Positions 1-9,572 of a DNA stretch of 48,840 nucleotides are shown piece by piece. A model generated the notes under the pieces. It did not search any database. It had not been told where the DNA came from and saw only the letters and a list, made by a program, of their open reading frames with translations. The position numbers were made by a program, and so were the translations under genes. This stretch comes from Mangrovimonas sp. Its GTDB lineage: Bacteria > Bacteroidota > Bacteroidia > Flavobacteriales > Flavobacteriaceae. How positions within the stretch are numbered: the first letter of the stretch is position 1; every line of letters starts with the position of its first letter. Where the stretch lies: assembly GCA_020435705.1 (NCBI GenBank), contig JAGQZG010000001.1, forward strand, positions 1 to 48,840, read 5' to 3'.

Positions 1-864
1 GAATACGATCTTATCAAGCCCAACCAAGTACTTTTTACCTACTTCCATTTTGCTTCCAGTGAAAAACTCACCTTGGCTATGTTGAAGAGCAATTCTGTGT
101 GTATTGCTTACGAAACTGTAGAAGATAAAGACGGTTCTTTGCCGTTATTGACTCCCATGTCGGAAGTGGCTGGGAGAATGGCTATTCAGCAAGGCGCAAA
201 ATATTTGGAAAAACCCATTAAAGGTAGGGGTGTATTGCTGGGCGGCGTTCCAGGTGTTGCTCCGGGGAAAGTACTCATTTTGGGTGCTGGCGTTGTAGGA
301 ATTCAAGCGGCTAAAATGGCTGCAGGATTGGGCGCACATGTGACCATTTTGGATATCGACATGAAAAAATTACGCTATGTTAATGACATAATGCCTAGCC
401 ATGTGGTAACAGAATATTCCAGCGTTTACAATATTAAAAAACACATCAAAACCCACGATTTGGTTATTGGCGGTGTCTTGATAAAAGGAGCCAAAGCTCC
501 TAAGCTCATCACCAAAGACATGTTAAAGGACATGCGTCCGGGAACTGTTATAGTAGATGTTGCTGTAGATCAAGGGGGCTGTTTTGAAACGACCAAACCA
601 ACTACACATGAAGATCCAACGTACATCATAGACGACGTGGTACACTATTGTGTGGCCAATATGCCCGGTGCTGTACCGTATACCTCCACCATGGCCTTGA
701 CCAATGTGACCTTGCCTTATATTCTGAAATTGGCAAATTTAGGTTGGGAAACGGCTTGCGAACGAGATGAAACCTTGGCTAAAGGCTTGAATGTGGTGAA
801 AGGAAAATGCGTTTATGAGGGTATTCTTGAGGCCTTTAATTGGCAAAAAACCGGTGCTAATTAA
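1..864 (+). CDS. ald: alanine dehydrogenase, 5' end cut by the window edge
   Basis: Frame 1 is open from nt 1 (EYDLIKPNQVLFTYFHFASS...), upstream of the TTG used by the ORF track. It has the NAD Rossmann motif ILGAGVVGIQAA and AlaDH-type blocks SEVAGRMA and VDVAVDQGG. Confidence 0.85.
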   Translation, partial: EYDLIKPNQVLFTYFHFASSEKLTLAMLKSNSVCIAYETVEDKDGSLPLLTPMSEVAGRMAIQQGAKYLEKPIKGRGVLLGGVPGVAPGKVLILGAGVVGIQAAKMAAGLGAHVTILDIDMKKLRYVNDIMPSHVVTEYSSVYNIKKHIKTHDLVIGGVLIKGAKAPKLITKDMLKDMRPGTVIVDVAVDQGGCFETTKPTTHEDPTYIIDDVVHYCVANMPGAVPYTSTMALTNVTLPYILKLANLGWETACERDETLAKGLNVVKGKCVYEGILEAFNWQKTGAN

Positions 865-950
865 TATCCTGACCTGACAAAATTTCTTAACTTTAATTTG
901 GCTTATTTTTTGTTAATGAAGACGTATATTTAAACCGAAAAATTAGAAAC

Positions 951-1646
951 ATGTTAGGATATTATATACTCATAGGTGCCATTGCTTTAGTAAGCTGGTT
1001 GGTAAGTAATCAGTTAAAGCAGAAATTTAAGAAATATTCCCAGATTCAATTGAGAAATGGGATGAGCGGAAAGGAAATTGCCGAAAAAATGTTGGCTGAT
1101 AATGGCATTTTTGATGTGCAGGTCATTTCTGTCGCAGGTCAGTTAACGGACCATTACAACCCAAAGAACAAAACGGTTAATTTAAGTGAGGCTGTGTATA
1201 GCCAGCGTAATGCCGCCGCCGCCGCTGTAGCTGCCCACGAATGCGGTCATGCCGTACAACACGCCAAAGCCTATGGCATGTTGCAAATGCGCTCTGCCTT
1301 GGTGCCTGTGGTAAGTGTCACTTCTGGATTATCACAATGGCTTGTGATAGGTGGATTGATTTTAGGTGCTGCCGCTGGTTCTGGTATGGGCTTTTATGTG
1401 GCTGTGGCTGGTTTAGTGTTTATGGCCTTGGCAACGTTGTTTAGTTTTGTCACTTTGCCTGTTGAATACGATGCCAGTAACCGTGCATTAGCTTGGTTAA
1501 AAAACAGACATATGTTGTCTCCAGAAGAATATAATGGTGCCGAAGATGCCTTGAAATGGGCGGCCAGAACCTATTTGGTTGCTGCCATTGGTGCATTGGC
1601 TTCCTTGTTGTATTGGGCATTGCAGATTTTGGGAAATAGAAATTAA
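951..1646 (+). CDS. membrane zinc metallopeptidase, YugP-like (Zn_peptidase_2)
   Basis: It has an N-terminal TM helix, the HExxH motif HECGH followed by AVQH, and C-terminal TM helices. Length (231 aa) is typical of the family. Confidence 0.8.
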   Translation: MLGYYILIGAIALVSWLVSNQLKQKFKKYSQIQLRNGMSGKEIAEKMLADNGIFDVQVISVAGQLTDHYNPKNKTVNLSEAVYSQRNAAAAAVAAHECGHAVQHAKAYGMLQMRSALVPVVSVTSGLSQWLVIGGLILGAAAGSGMGFYVAVAGLVFMALATLFSFVTLPVEYDASNRALAWLKNRHMLSPEEYNGAEDALKWAARTYLVAAIGALASLLYWALQILGNRN

Positions 1647-1672
1647 CAGTATTTCAACGAATAAATAGATAA

Positions 1673-1699
1673 GTCGGAAGCATTTCCGACTTTTTTTTT
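1673..1699 (+). terminator. rho-independent terminator after the metallopeptidase gene
   Basis: The hairpin is gtcggaa/ttccgac with a 4-nt loop, followed by a run of 9 T. Confidence 0.7.
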
Positions 1700-1741
1700 C
1701 TTAAATTTCAATTCTAAATTGAAAAACTAAACTTAATCTCT

Positions 1742-2470
1742 ATGGAAACTAATCAGGAAAGTCCGTTTGAACACTTTGAAAGCAGTAAAGTAATGGTTGC
1801 CTCTCTATCTGCTGCCGATAGAGTTGCTTTTTACAAGAAAACATATGCGCATGTAGCAGGTGGCGTATTGGTGTTTATCTTGTTTGAATACTTGTTGCTT
1901 CAAAGTTCAGCGTTAATAGAATTTATGTTTTCCATGATGCAAGGCTGGAGATGGTTGATCATGCTGGGAGGCTTCATGCTAGTTACCAGCTATGCCGAGA
2001 GTATGGCACTCCGCACCGCCGATAAGAACAAGCAATATTTGGCATATGGACTTTATATTTTAGCCGAAGCCTTAATTTTTGTGCCATTGATTGTAATTGC
2101 GGCCTATTATACTGAAACGGGGCCAGCGATTTTAAATCAAGCAGCTATTGTTACCTTGGCCCTATTTACAGGTTTGACAGCCACAGTGTTTTTAACCAAC
2201 AAAGATTTCTCTTTCCTAAAAACCGGATTGGTTATTGGATTTTTCATTGCCATGGGGCTTATTTTAGCAGGAACTCTTTTTGGTTTTGATCTAGGATTAT
2301 GGTTTTCGGTTGGTATGTGTGTTTTGGCCGCCGGTTCTATTTTATATCAAACGTCCAACCTTATTCATAAATACACCAGTGAAGACTATATCCCAGCCGC
2401 TTTAGGCCTGTTTGCCGCTCTCATGCTATTGTTCTGGTATGTGTTAAGGATTTTAATGTCCAGACGATAA
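1742..2470 (+). CDS. Bax inhibitor-1/YccA family membrane protein
   Basis: The 242-aa protein has about 7 TM segments, and its layout and C-terminal basic tail are typical of BI-1/YccA. Confidence 0.8.
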   Translation: METNQESPFEHFESSKVMVASLSAADRVAFYKKTYAHVAGGVLVFILFEYLLLQSSALIEFMFSMMQGWRWLIMLGGFMLVTSYAESMALRTADKNKQYLAYGLYILAEALIFVPLIVIAAYYTETGPAILNQAAIVTLALFTGLTATVFLTNKDFSFLKTGLVIGFFIAMGLILAGTLFGFDLGLWFSVGMCVLAAGSILYQTSNLIHKYTSEDYIPAALGLFAALMLLFWYVLRILMSRR

Positions 2471-2476
2471 GAGACT

Positions 2477-2704
2477 ATGGAGCCTTTGGGAAACCCTGAA
2501 ATTTTGTTGGAGTTGACCAAAACCAAAATGCCTTTTGGCAAATACAAAGATCGAGTTCTATCCGATTTGCCCGTTTATTATTTGGAATGGATGGCTTCCA
2601 AAGGGTTTCCGAAAGGGAAGTTAGGAATGCAGTTGGCTACGGTTTATGAGATAAAAACCAATGGATTGGATGAGTTGCTGTGGAAACTAAAAAAACTGGG
2701 CTAA
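2477..2704 (+). CDS. small DUF3820-like protein
   Basis: The 75-aa protein carries MPFGKYKDRVLSDLPVYYLEWMASKGFPKGKLG, which matches the conserved core of DUF3820 from memory. It starts 6 nt after the upstream stop. Confidence 0.6.
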   Translation: MEPLGNPEILLELTKTKMPFGKYKDRVLSDLPVYYLEWMASKGFPKGKLGMQLATVYEIKTNGLDELLWKLKKLG

Positions 2705-3171
2705 ATCTTTATTTGCCTATCTATTTGCTGTTGAAGGGAAACAAAGGTTTCGGTTCGGGAAACACCATTGATAGACTGGATCTCTTTGTTGAGTAAGTAC
2801 ATTAAATGCTCATTGTCCTTTGCCAGGATTTTAATGAAAATACTCCAGTGACCTGTCGTGTAGTGACACTCCAAAACCTCGGGAATATTTTTCAATTGTT
2901 TGACAGCTTCAGGATTACTCATGGCTTTGTCCAAATAGATTCCCACGTAAGCCATGGTTGTGTAACCTAAAATCTTGGGGTTCACAATAAATTTGGAGCC
3001 CGAAAGCAAACCTGATTTTTCGAGTTTTCTTAGCCTTTGGTGAATAGCAGCCCCAGAAATGCCAACATTTCTGGCTATTTCCAGCACTGGAGTGCGAGCA
3101 TCTTCCATCAAGGCGCGAAGAATTTTTTTGTCAATACCGTCTATGGTAATGTTTTGGTTTGAAACTTTCAC
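2701..3171 (-). CDS. Lrp/AsnC family transcriptional regulator
   Basis: It has an N-terminal HTH (IDKKILRALMEDARTPVLEIARNVGISGAAIHQRLRKLEKSG) and a C-terminal RAM/AsnC_trans_reg domain. Length is 156 aa. Confidence 0.9.
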   Translation of the reverse strand: MKVSNQNITIDGIDKKILRALMEDARTPVLEIARNVGISGAAIHQRLRKLEKSGLLSGSKFIVNPKILGYTTMAYVGIYLDKAMSNPEAVKQLKNIPEVLECHYTTGHWSIFIKILAKDNEHLMYLLNKEIQSINGVSRTETFVSLQQQIDRQIKI

Positions 3172-3251
3172 TGTGGTTTGATTTTCAAATTGAAATATAA
3201 AAATAGGAAAAGCATTTCAATTTGACACAGCGAAAAGAAAACTAAAAGACA

Positions 3252-4616
3252 CTATAAATTTAAAGGGTTGTAGCCCAAGTATGGAACTTTCTTCTCTGTG
3301 AATTTTATTCCAAAGGTTTCCAACTCAGCAAGTATGGGTTCGTAAACCTCACTGTTTATGGGTATTTGCACGCCTGGAACTGTAATTTTCCCATTGAGAA
3401 TGGCCAAAGTAGCGATGGCTACAGGCAATCCTACGGTCTTGGCCATAGCCGTATAAGTTTCATCTTCACCCAAGGAAACCATGGTGGCATCTATTTGATG
3501 TTTTTGGCCATCCAATTCATAACCAAATTTATGGTACATCACAATCATATCCTTATCGGTAGGATCCAGTGTCCACTTGTCCATGAGTATTTTTTGAAGA
3601 ATTTGTGCCGGCGTTGCTTTTTTCAAGCCCACCATTTTCTTGGCGCTGAAGATGTCCAATTCCTCAAACTTGTCCCAGACCATGTCATCTTGGTCAATCT
3701 TTAGTTGGTATCTAAATTTCAATTCTACGGAATCCGTTGGGCTGTAAGGAAGAAATGCATTCACGAAATCGCGGTAGCTCATATTTTCGCTATCATCTAT
3801 TGTATAACTGTCATCGGTCATGCCCAACATTACAAACGCTTGCCATGCTCTGCTGAAGCCAACACGGCGCATGGTGCCACGATACATGGTCTTAACATTC
3901 TCCAAGCCATACGTTTTTTGATATTTCAAAGAATCCCTGTTGGCATACACTTCAAATCGACCAAAACCATCAACATCCAAAAATTCGGTACGTCTAAAAA
4001 GACGATGGTAAGGAATGTATTTATAAGTGCCTTCCTGTAAAAATTTAGCGGCTCCACCTTGCCCAGCGACCACGACGTTTCTAGGATTCCAAGTAAATTT
4101 ATAATGCCATAAATTGTCATCGCTTTCAGGAGCAATAAGGCCGCCAGTAAAAGATTCAAACAAAATTATCTTCCCGCCTTTTCTACGAATGTCGTCAATG
4201 ACTTTCATGGCGCTCATGTGGTCAATTCCAGGGTCAACGCCTATTTCATTCATGAATACCAGGCCTTTACTTTTCACATCGTTATCCAATGCTTCCATTT
4301 CTGGGCTTACATAGGAAGCGGTTACCATGCTTTTTCCAAAGGCAAGACAATCTTTGGCAACTTCTATGTGAAATCTGGCCGGCAACATAGACACGATAAT
4401 ATCGGCTTCTTGTATGGCATTTTGCCGTGAAACATTATCAAAAACATCCAAAGGGATAGCCTTTGCACGGCTGTGATTGCTTATGAGTTTTTGGGCATTC
4501 TTGGTGTCAATATCACCTATGGTGATAAACAAATCTTCAGTTTCTGATTTTTCCAATAAATATTTGACCAAATAGGATGAAGATTTTCCAGAACCAATGA
4601 CCAAAATGTTTCGCAT
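3252..4616 (-). CDS. saccharopine dehydrogenase family protein
   Basis: It has the N-terminal Rossmann motif ILVIGSGKSS. The 454-aa length and the C-terminal Sacchrp_dh_C-like region (GVDPGIDHM) fit the family. Confidence 0.85.
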   Translation of the reverse strand: MRNILVIGSGKSSSYLVKYLLEKSETEDLFITIGDIDTKNAQKLISNHSRAKAIPLDVFDNVSRQNAIQEADIIVSMLPARFHIEVAKDCLAFGKSMVTASYVSPEMEALDNDVKSKGLVFMNEIGVDPGIDHMSAMKVIDDIRRKGGKIILFESFTGGLIAPESDDNLWHYKFTWNPRNVVVAGQGGAAKFLQEGTYKYIPYHRLFRRTEFLDVDGFGRFEVYANRDSLKYQKTYGLENVKTMYRGTMRRVGFSRAWQAFVMLGMTDDSYTIDDSENMSYRDFVNAFLPYSPTDSVELKFRYQLKIDQDDMVWDKFEELDIFSAKKMVGLKKATPAQILQKILMDKWTLDPTDKDMIVMYHKFGYELDGQKHQIDATMVSLGEDETYTAMAKTVGLPVAIATLAILNGKITVPGVQIPINSEVYEPILAELETFGIKFTEKKVPYLGYNPLNL

Positions 4617-4695
4617 AGTAAGTTTTGTTAAGTAATTTTGTGGCTACGAATGTAGTGAATACGAATTGGTATTAAAACCGAAAACTGTAAATAAT

Positions 4696-5085
4696 ATGAA
4701 CAGAACAATTTTGATTACGGGAGCTATTTTGGGGATGTTAAGTGTTATCCTGGGGGCCTACGGTGCTCATGGTTTAAAACAATTGGTTTCCATGGAATTG
4801 GTGCAAACATTTGAAACTGGCGTGAAATACCAAATGTACCATGCGCTATTATTACTGTTTTTAGGAACGGTATCTGTGGTGCCATATAAACTAAAACGAG
4901 CGGTTTTTGCCTTAACCCTAATAGGAGTAATTTTCTTCTCAGGGTCTATTTATGGCTTGGTAACCAACGAGTATACGGCCTTCGATTTCAAGAAAATAGC
5001 TCTCATAACTCCAGTGGGCGGAACCTTTTTAATTGCGGCTTGGGCTGTGCTTTTGATAGCCTTTTTAAGAACAAATAAGCAATAA
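4696..5085 (+). CDS. DUF423 (YgdD-like) membrane protein
   Basis: It has four TM helices and the motif GAYGAHG. The ATG at 4696 (MNRTIL...) is preferred over the non-ATG start at 4666 used by the ORF track. Confidence 0.75.
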   Translation: MNRTILITGAILGMLSVILGAYGAHGLKQLVSMELVQTFETGVKYQMYHALLLLFLGTVSVVPYKLKRAVFALTLIGVIFFSGSIYGLVTNEYTAFDFKKIALITPVGGTFLIAAWAVLLIAFLRTNKQ

Positions 5086-5121
5086 AATCACTTTTAACAA
5101 GTGCGGTTAAAATATTGTTTT

Positions 5122-5129
5122 TACTTTTG
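5122..5129 (+). promoter_or_regulatory. putative Bacteroidota sigma-A -7 box for pckA
   Basis: tacttttg matches TAnnTTTG and lies 26 nt upstream of the pckA ATG. No clear -33 TTTG was found. Confidence 0.4.
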
Positions 5130-5154
5130 CACTTACAAACTATAACACAAAATT

Positions 5155-6768
5155 ATGGCGAGTCACACCCAGACGGCGAAAACGTTTTCGTTAAAAAGCT
5201 ACGGTATTAGTGATGCAACGGTTCACTACCAGCTATCTCCAGAAGAACTTCAAAAAATAACAATTGAAAAACAACAAGGTAAAGAAACTGCAAATGGTAC
5301 TCTGGCAGTAAACACAGGGGAATTTACAGGACGTTCACCCAAGGATAGGTTTATTGTTAAAGATGACATTACGAGAGACAAAGTTTGGTGGGGAAATATT
5401 AATATCCCTTTCGATTCAGATGATTTTGAAAAGTTGTACAATAAAGTCGCCAACTACTTATCTGGAAAAGAACTTTTTGTAAGAGATTGTTATGCCTGCG
5501 CTGATCCAAATTACAGATTAAATATACGGATTATTAATGAGTACCCGTGGAGCAACATGTTTGCCTACAATATGTTTTTAAGGCCAGAGGAGGACGAGTT
5601 GGAAAATTTTCAACCGGAATGGACTGTAGTAAATGCCCCAGGGTTTTTGGCCAATCCTGAACAGGATAAAACCAGACAACATAATTTTGCCATTCTGGAT
5701 TTCACAAGAAAAATTGCCCTTATTGGAGGAACCGGTTATACGGGAGAAATTAAAAAGGGGATCTTTTCGGCGTTGAATTTTATTCTTCCCGTGTTTAAGA
5801 ATACACTGCCTATGCATTGTAGTGCAAATGTAGGCCAAGATGGTGATACGGCTATTTTCTTCGGGCTTTCGGGAACTGGAAAGACCACCTTGTCTACAGA
5901 TCCTGAGCGTAATTTAATTGGCGATGATGAGCATGGTTGGACTAATGAAAATTCGGTATTCAATTTTGAAGGAGGTTGTTACGCTAAAGTCATTAACCTT
6001 TCTGAAGAAAGTGAGCCCGAAATTTTCCATGCGATAAGGAAAGGAGCTATCTTGGAAAATGTTATCTTGGATGATCAAGGAAATGTGGATTTTGCAGATA
6101 CTTCTATTACTCAAAACACACGGGTCAGTTATCCTATTTACCATATTGACAATATTCAGCAGCCTTCCATTGGGAAAAATCCTAAAAACATTTTCTTTTT
6201 AACGGCAGATGCCTTTGGAGTCTTACCTCCAATCTCAAAATTAACTCCTGGCCAAGCGGCCTATCATTTCATTTCAGGTTACACGGCAAAAGTGGCCGGT
6301 ACCGAGGCAGGAATTAATGAGCCACTACCAAGTTTTTCGGCGTGTTTTGGAGCGCCTTTTATGCCCTTGCACCCAACAGAGTATGCAGAAATGCTTAGTG
6401 CTAAAATGAAAGAAACAGGGGTCAATGTTTGGCTAATCAATACAGGTTGGACCGGTGGGCCTTACGGTATCGGTACCAGAATGAAACTCAAGTACACAAG
6501 AGCTATGATCTCTGCAGCCATAGACGGTAGTTTAGAAGCGGCCAATAACGGTAAGTACCATATGCACTCGGTGTTTAAAGTTCAGCAACCAATAGTTTGC
6601 CCTAATGTGCCAACAGATGTTTTGAGTCCAAGACAAACGTGGAACAATGATGAGGCTTATTATAAAACGGCTTATAAGCTTGCCAAATCGTTTGCAGACA
6701 ACTTTAAAAAGTTTGAAGACTATGCCAATGATGAGATCATGAATGGGGCACCAAACCTTAATGAGTAA
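5155..6768 (+). CDS. pckA: phosphoenolpyruvate carboxykinase (ATP)
   Basis: The 537-aa protein has the kinase-1a P-loop GLSGTGKTTLS, plus the GDDEHGW and NTGWTGG blocks characteristic of ATP-dependent PEPCK. Confidence 0.95.
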   Translation: MASHTQTAKTFSLKSYGISDATVHYQLSPEELQKITIEKQQGKETANGTLAVNTGEFTGRSPKDRFIVKDDITRDKVWWGNINIPFDSDDFEKLYNKVANYLSGKELFVRDCYACADPNYRLNIRIINEYPWSNMFAYNMFLRPEEDELENFQPEWTVVNAPGFLANPEQDKTRQHNFAILDFTRKIALIGGTGYTGEIKKGIFSALNFILPVFKNTLPMHCSANVGQDGDTAIFFGLSGTGKTTLSTDPERNLIGDDEHGWTNENSVFNFEGGCYAKVINLSEESEPEIFHAIRKGAILENVILDDQGNVDFADTSITQNTRVSYPIYHIDNIQQPSIGKNPKNIFFLTADAFGVLPPISKLTPGQAAYHFISGYTAKVAGTEAGINEPLPSFSACFGAPFMPLHPTEYAEMLSAKMKETGVNVWLINTGWTGGPYGIGTRMKLKYTRAMISAAIDGSLEAANNGKYHMHSVFKVQQPIVCPNVPTDVLSPRQTWNNDEAYYKTAYKLAKSFADNFKKFEDYANDEIMNGAPNLNE

Positions 6769-6882
6769 TAAAAAACATACGATTTTAAGGATTTCATCGA
6801 ATTTTTTCTGAAAAAAAATATAAAAATTTTGCTCAAATATAAATCTTGGGTACATTTACTTAGTAAAAGGTAAAGTGTCTTG

Positions 6883-7233
6883 ATGAAAAAAATTACGTTA
6901 TTACTTTTTTTAATCGTATTCCAAACAACGTTGTTTGCTGAGGCTTGTCTGTGGAAATCCGTGGAACATAATGCCATGACTTTGGTTGATCAAACAGACC
7001 CCAAAGATTTTTCCATGTACCCGAACCCAGCCAAAAGCACTTTGTATGTGACTTCGAATAAGCAATCTGCCACCATGGAAATTTACAGCATTACCGGTAA
7101 GCTTTTAATGAAAAAAGACTTGGTTTTTGGAGAAAACACCATTAATGTTTCAGTATTGAATCCAGGCATCTATTTGGCTAAATTCTCTTATGAAGATAAT
7201 GCCCAAGTAACTAAAAAATTGGTTATAAACTAA
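6883..7233 (+). CDS. small secreted protein that is almost only a T9SS type A sorting domain
   Basis: It has a signal peptide (MKKITLLLFLIVFQTTLFA), about 25 residues of mature sequence, then a C-terminal sorting domain from YPNPAKSTLYV to KKLVIN. The ATG at 6883 is preferred over the TTG at 6880. Confidence 0.7.
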   Translation: MKKITLLLFLIVFQTTLFAEACLWKSVEHNAMTLVDQTDPKDFSMYPNPAKSTLYVTSNKQSATMEIYSITGKLLMKKDLVFGENTINVSVLNPGIYLAKFSYEDNAQVTKKLVIN

Positions 7234-7253
7234 AGTTTCTATATACACGAATT

Positions 7254-7285
7254 AAAAGGGGCACTTAATTAAGTGCCCCCCTTTT
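7254..7285. terminator. bidirectional terminator between convergent genes
   Basis: The perfect hairpin ggggcactt-aatt-aagtgcccc is flanked by aaaa on one side and tttt on the other. Confidence 0.7.
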
Positions 7286-7307
7286 AAGTTTATATTCGAG
7301 AGATTAT

Positions 7308-8060
7308 TTATTTGCCTTTATTGGCGGCATCAATGTACTTCTCTAGCGCCATGGTCATGGAAGGTGTTTCAGGCGTTGGAGCCGGAATGTTTACCACCAA
7401 TCCTTTATCCTGAGCGGCCTTAATGGTCGTGTTGCCAAAAGCGGCAATACGAGTATTGTTCTGCTTAAAGTCCGGGAAATTATGAAATAAGGATTCTATT
7501 CCTGAAGGGCTAAAAAACACCAATACATCATAATAAACATCGGCTAAATCGGAAAGATCGCTTATTACGGTTCTGTAAAAAACAGCTTCTTTCCAATCAA
7601 CACCTAGGGCATTAAGGGTTTCTGGAACTTCAGACTTTAATTTATCGGTTGTGGGCAACAAGAACTTTTCGTCTTTGTATTTTTTGATGATAGGCGAAAG
7701 CTCAGCAAAGTTGCGTTTCCCCACATATATTTTCCTTTTTCTATAAACCACATATTTTTGAAGGTAGAAAGCGACAGCCTCAGATTGGCAAAAATACTTT
7801 AGAGTATCTGGTACCTTAAAGCGCATTTCTTCGGCAACCCTAAAGAAATGATCTACAGAGTTCCTACTTGTAAGTATGATGGCACTGTAATTATTAAGAT
7901 CTACTTTTTGTTGTCTGATTTCTTTGGATGGAACACCTTCAACATGAATGAATGGTCTGAAATCTATTTTTACTTTTTGTTTTTCTTGAAGATCGAAATA
8001 AGGCGAATTTTCTATTTTAGGCTCCGGTTGGGAAACTAAAATTGTTTTCACTTTCATCAT
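7308..8060 (-). CDS. uroporphyrinogen-III synthase-like (HEM4 family) protein
   Basis: The 250-aa protein has a two-lobed HEM4-like layout (ILVSQP..., ILTSRNSVDHFF, VFFSPSGIESL). It sits next to a DUF4271 gene, a pairing I recall as common in Flavobacteriia. Confidence 0.65.
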   Translation of the reverse strand: MMKVKTILVSQPEPKIENSPYFDLQEKQKVKIDFRPFIHVEGVPSKEIRQQKVDLNNYSAIILTSRNSVDHFFRVAEEMRFKVPDTLKYFCQSEAVAFYLQKYVVYRKRKIYVGKRNFAELSPIIKKYKDEKFLLPTTDKLKSEVPETLNALGVDWKEAVFYRTVISDLSDLADVYYDVLVFFSPSGIESLFHNFPDFKQNNTRIAAFGNTTIKAAQDKGLVVNIPAPTPETPSMTMALEKYIDAANKGK

Positions 8061-8074
8061 AGAAATGTACAGTT

Positions 8075-8731
8075 TTAAAATATCTTAAAATCTTGCAACA
8101 GCTTATAAATTATAATATAAGGTGCAATTTCAAGTGCGCAAAGATACAAAATAAAATAGAACAAATTTCGTTTTAGTACATTTTGGTGAACTTTGAACGA
8201 AACGGTCAATCCAATAAGGTTTATAAGAAAAAAAGCAACAAGGGTTATTAAAATGACAATCTCGGCAGGCGTTTCGTTGTAAATAAAAAAAGCATTTAAG
8301 GGTATTAAAAGTAAGCCTAAATAGTTTTTGTAGCTGGTTTTTTGAAACAGATAATCGTCTATCAAAGCATCTATTCCAAAAAGACTTCCAATAAGTCGCT
8401 CCAATAAAACCTTGATCAAAATAAAAGAGGCAACTGCCACTATTATTTTCATTAAAATGTCAATAGACGTTAAGCTTTGTCCGTAAAGGCTCTTGTAGCA
8501 AATGGTTAGGAAAATTGAAATGGAAATAACCAAATTGGAAAACAAAAGAGCATCAAAACGGTCCAAAAACTTTTGATCGCGCGTGTGGATCAATAAATAC
8601 TTGGAATTGCCCGGGAGATAAATAAAATTGGCAAAACGTTTACTGTAAAACAGTTTGGCCATGGCCACAAGTGCTAGACCAATAACGAATAAAATAGTGA
8701 ATATTTCGTTGGATTCTGCAATACGTATCAT
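8075..8731 (-). CDS. DUF4271-like polytopic membrane protein
   Basis: The 218-aa protein has about 6 TM helices. The assignment rests on its position upstream of the HEM4-like gene and on overall composition. Confidence 0.6.
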   Translation of the reverse strand: MIRIAESNEIFTILFVIGLALVAMAKLFYSKRFANFIYLPGNSKYLLIHTRDQKFLDRFDALLFSNLVISISIFLTICYKSLYGQSLTSIDILMKIIVAVASFILIKVLLERLIGSLFGIDALIDDYLFQKTSYKNYLGLLLIPLNAFFIYNETPAEIVILITLVAFFLINLIGLTVSFKVHQNVLKRNLFYFILYLCALEIAPYIIIYKLLQDFKIF

Positions 8732-8811
8732 TGATGTAAAATTATCACAAAATTGGTCTAATCAATGGTTTTATTAAGGAATATTTAAAAAAATATCTCT
8801 TTTAAATAGTT

Positions 8812-8819
8812 TACATTTG
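8812..8819 (+). promoter_or_regulatory. putative -7 box for the GT2 gene
   Basis: tacatttg matches TAnnTTTG and lies 18 nt upstream of the ATG at 8837. Confidence 0.4.
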
Positions 8820-8836
8820 CTAAAATTTAAGAGTTA

Positions 8837-9559
8837 ATGACCGACGCAGTTGTTATCATTCCCACGTATAATGAAGCGGAAAATGTAGAAGCCATCATCA
8901 ATGCTGTTTTTTCGCTAGACTCGGCGTTTGATGTTTTGATTGTTGATGACAATTCTCCAGACAAGACGCATGAGATCGTACAGAGACTGCAAAAAGCATA
9001 TCCTGAGAGACTTCATCTAGAAGTAAGAAAGGAAAAATCAGGATTAGGAACGGCCTATATTCATGGGTTTAAATGGTGTTTGGAAAAAGGGTATACCTAT
9101 ATCTTTGAGATGGATGCCGATTTCTCACATAACCCGAAAGATTTGGAGCGACTTTATAAAGCTTGCAAAGTTGATGGTGCCCATATGGCCATAGGTTCCA
9201 GATATGTCAAAGGAGTAAATGTGGTGAATTGGCCTATTGGCCGGGTCATCTTATCCTATATGGCCTCAAAATATGTGCGACTGATTACGGGCATGAAAAT
9301 TTACGATACCACGGCAGGATTTGTATGCTACCACCGAAACGTTTTAGAGGCACTGAACCTTGACGAAATTAAATTTATTGGATATGCTTTCCAAATTGAA
9401 ATGAAATTCAATGCCTACCGAAAGAAATTCAAGATTGTTGAAGTCCCAATTGTATTTACCGATAGGGTAAGAGGCGAGTCTAAGTTGAGCAAGAGTATCA
9501 TTTCCGAAGCCGTTTTTGGAGTCCTTAAAATGAAATATAGAAGTCTTTTCAAAAAATAA
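8837..9559 (+). CDS. polyprenol monophosphomannose synthase (GT2, Dpm1-like)
   Basis: It has GT2 motifs VIIPTYNEAEN, VDDNSPD and EMDADFSH. The 240-aa soluble form is typical. Confidence 0.85.
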   Translation: MTDAVVIIPTYNEAENVEAIINAVFSLDSAFDVLIVDDNSPDKTHEIVQRLQKAYPERLHLEVRKEKSGLGTAYIHGFKWCLEKGYTYIFEMDADFSHNPKDLERLYKACKVDGAHMAIGSRYVKGVNVVNWPIGRVILSYMASKYVRLITGMKIYDTTAGFVCYHRNVLEALNLDEIKFIGYAFQIEMKFNAYRKKFKIVEVPIVFTDRVRGESKLSKSIISEAVFGVLKMKYRSLFKK

Positions 9560-9572
9560 AGTGATGAATAGC

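Noticed and set aside
1241-1444. A 67-aa same-strand, out-of-frame ORF inside the metallopeptidase gene. Many other 60-110-aa ORFs in the track are nested in larger genes in the same way.
   Set aside because: They are nested in genes that carry clear family motifs, they lack motifs of their own, and they are typical six-frame noise.
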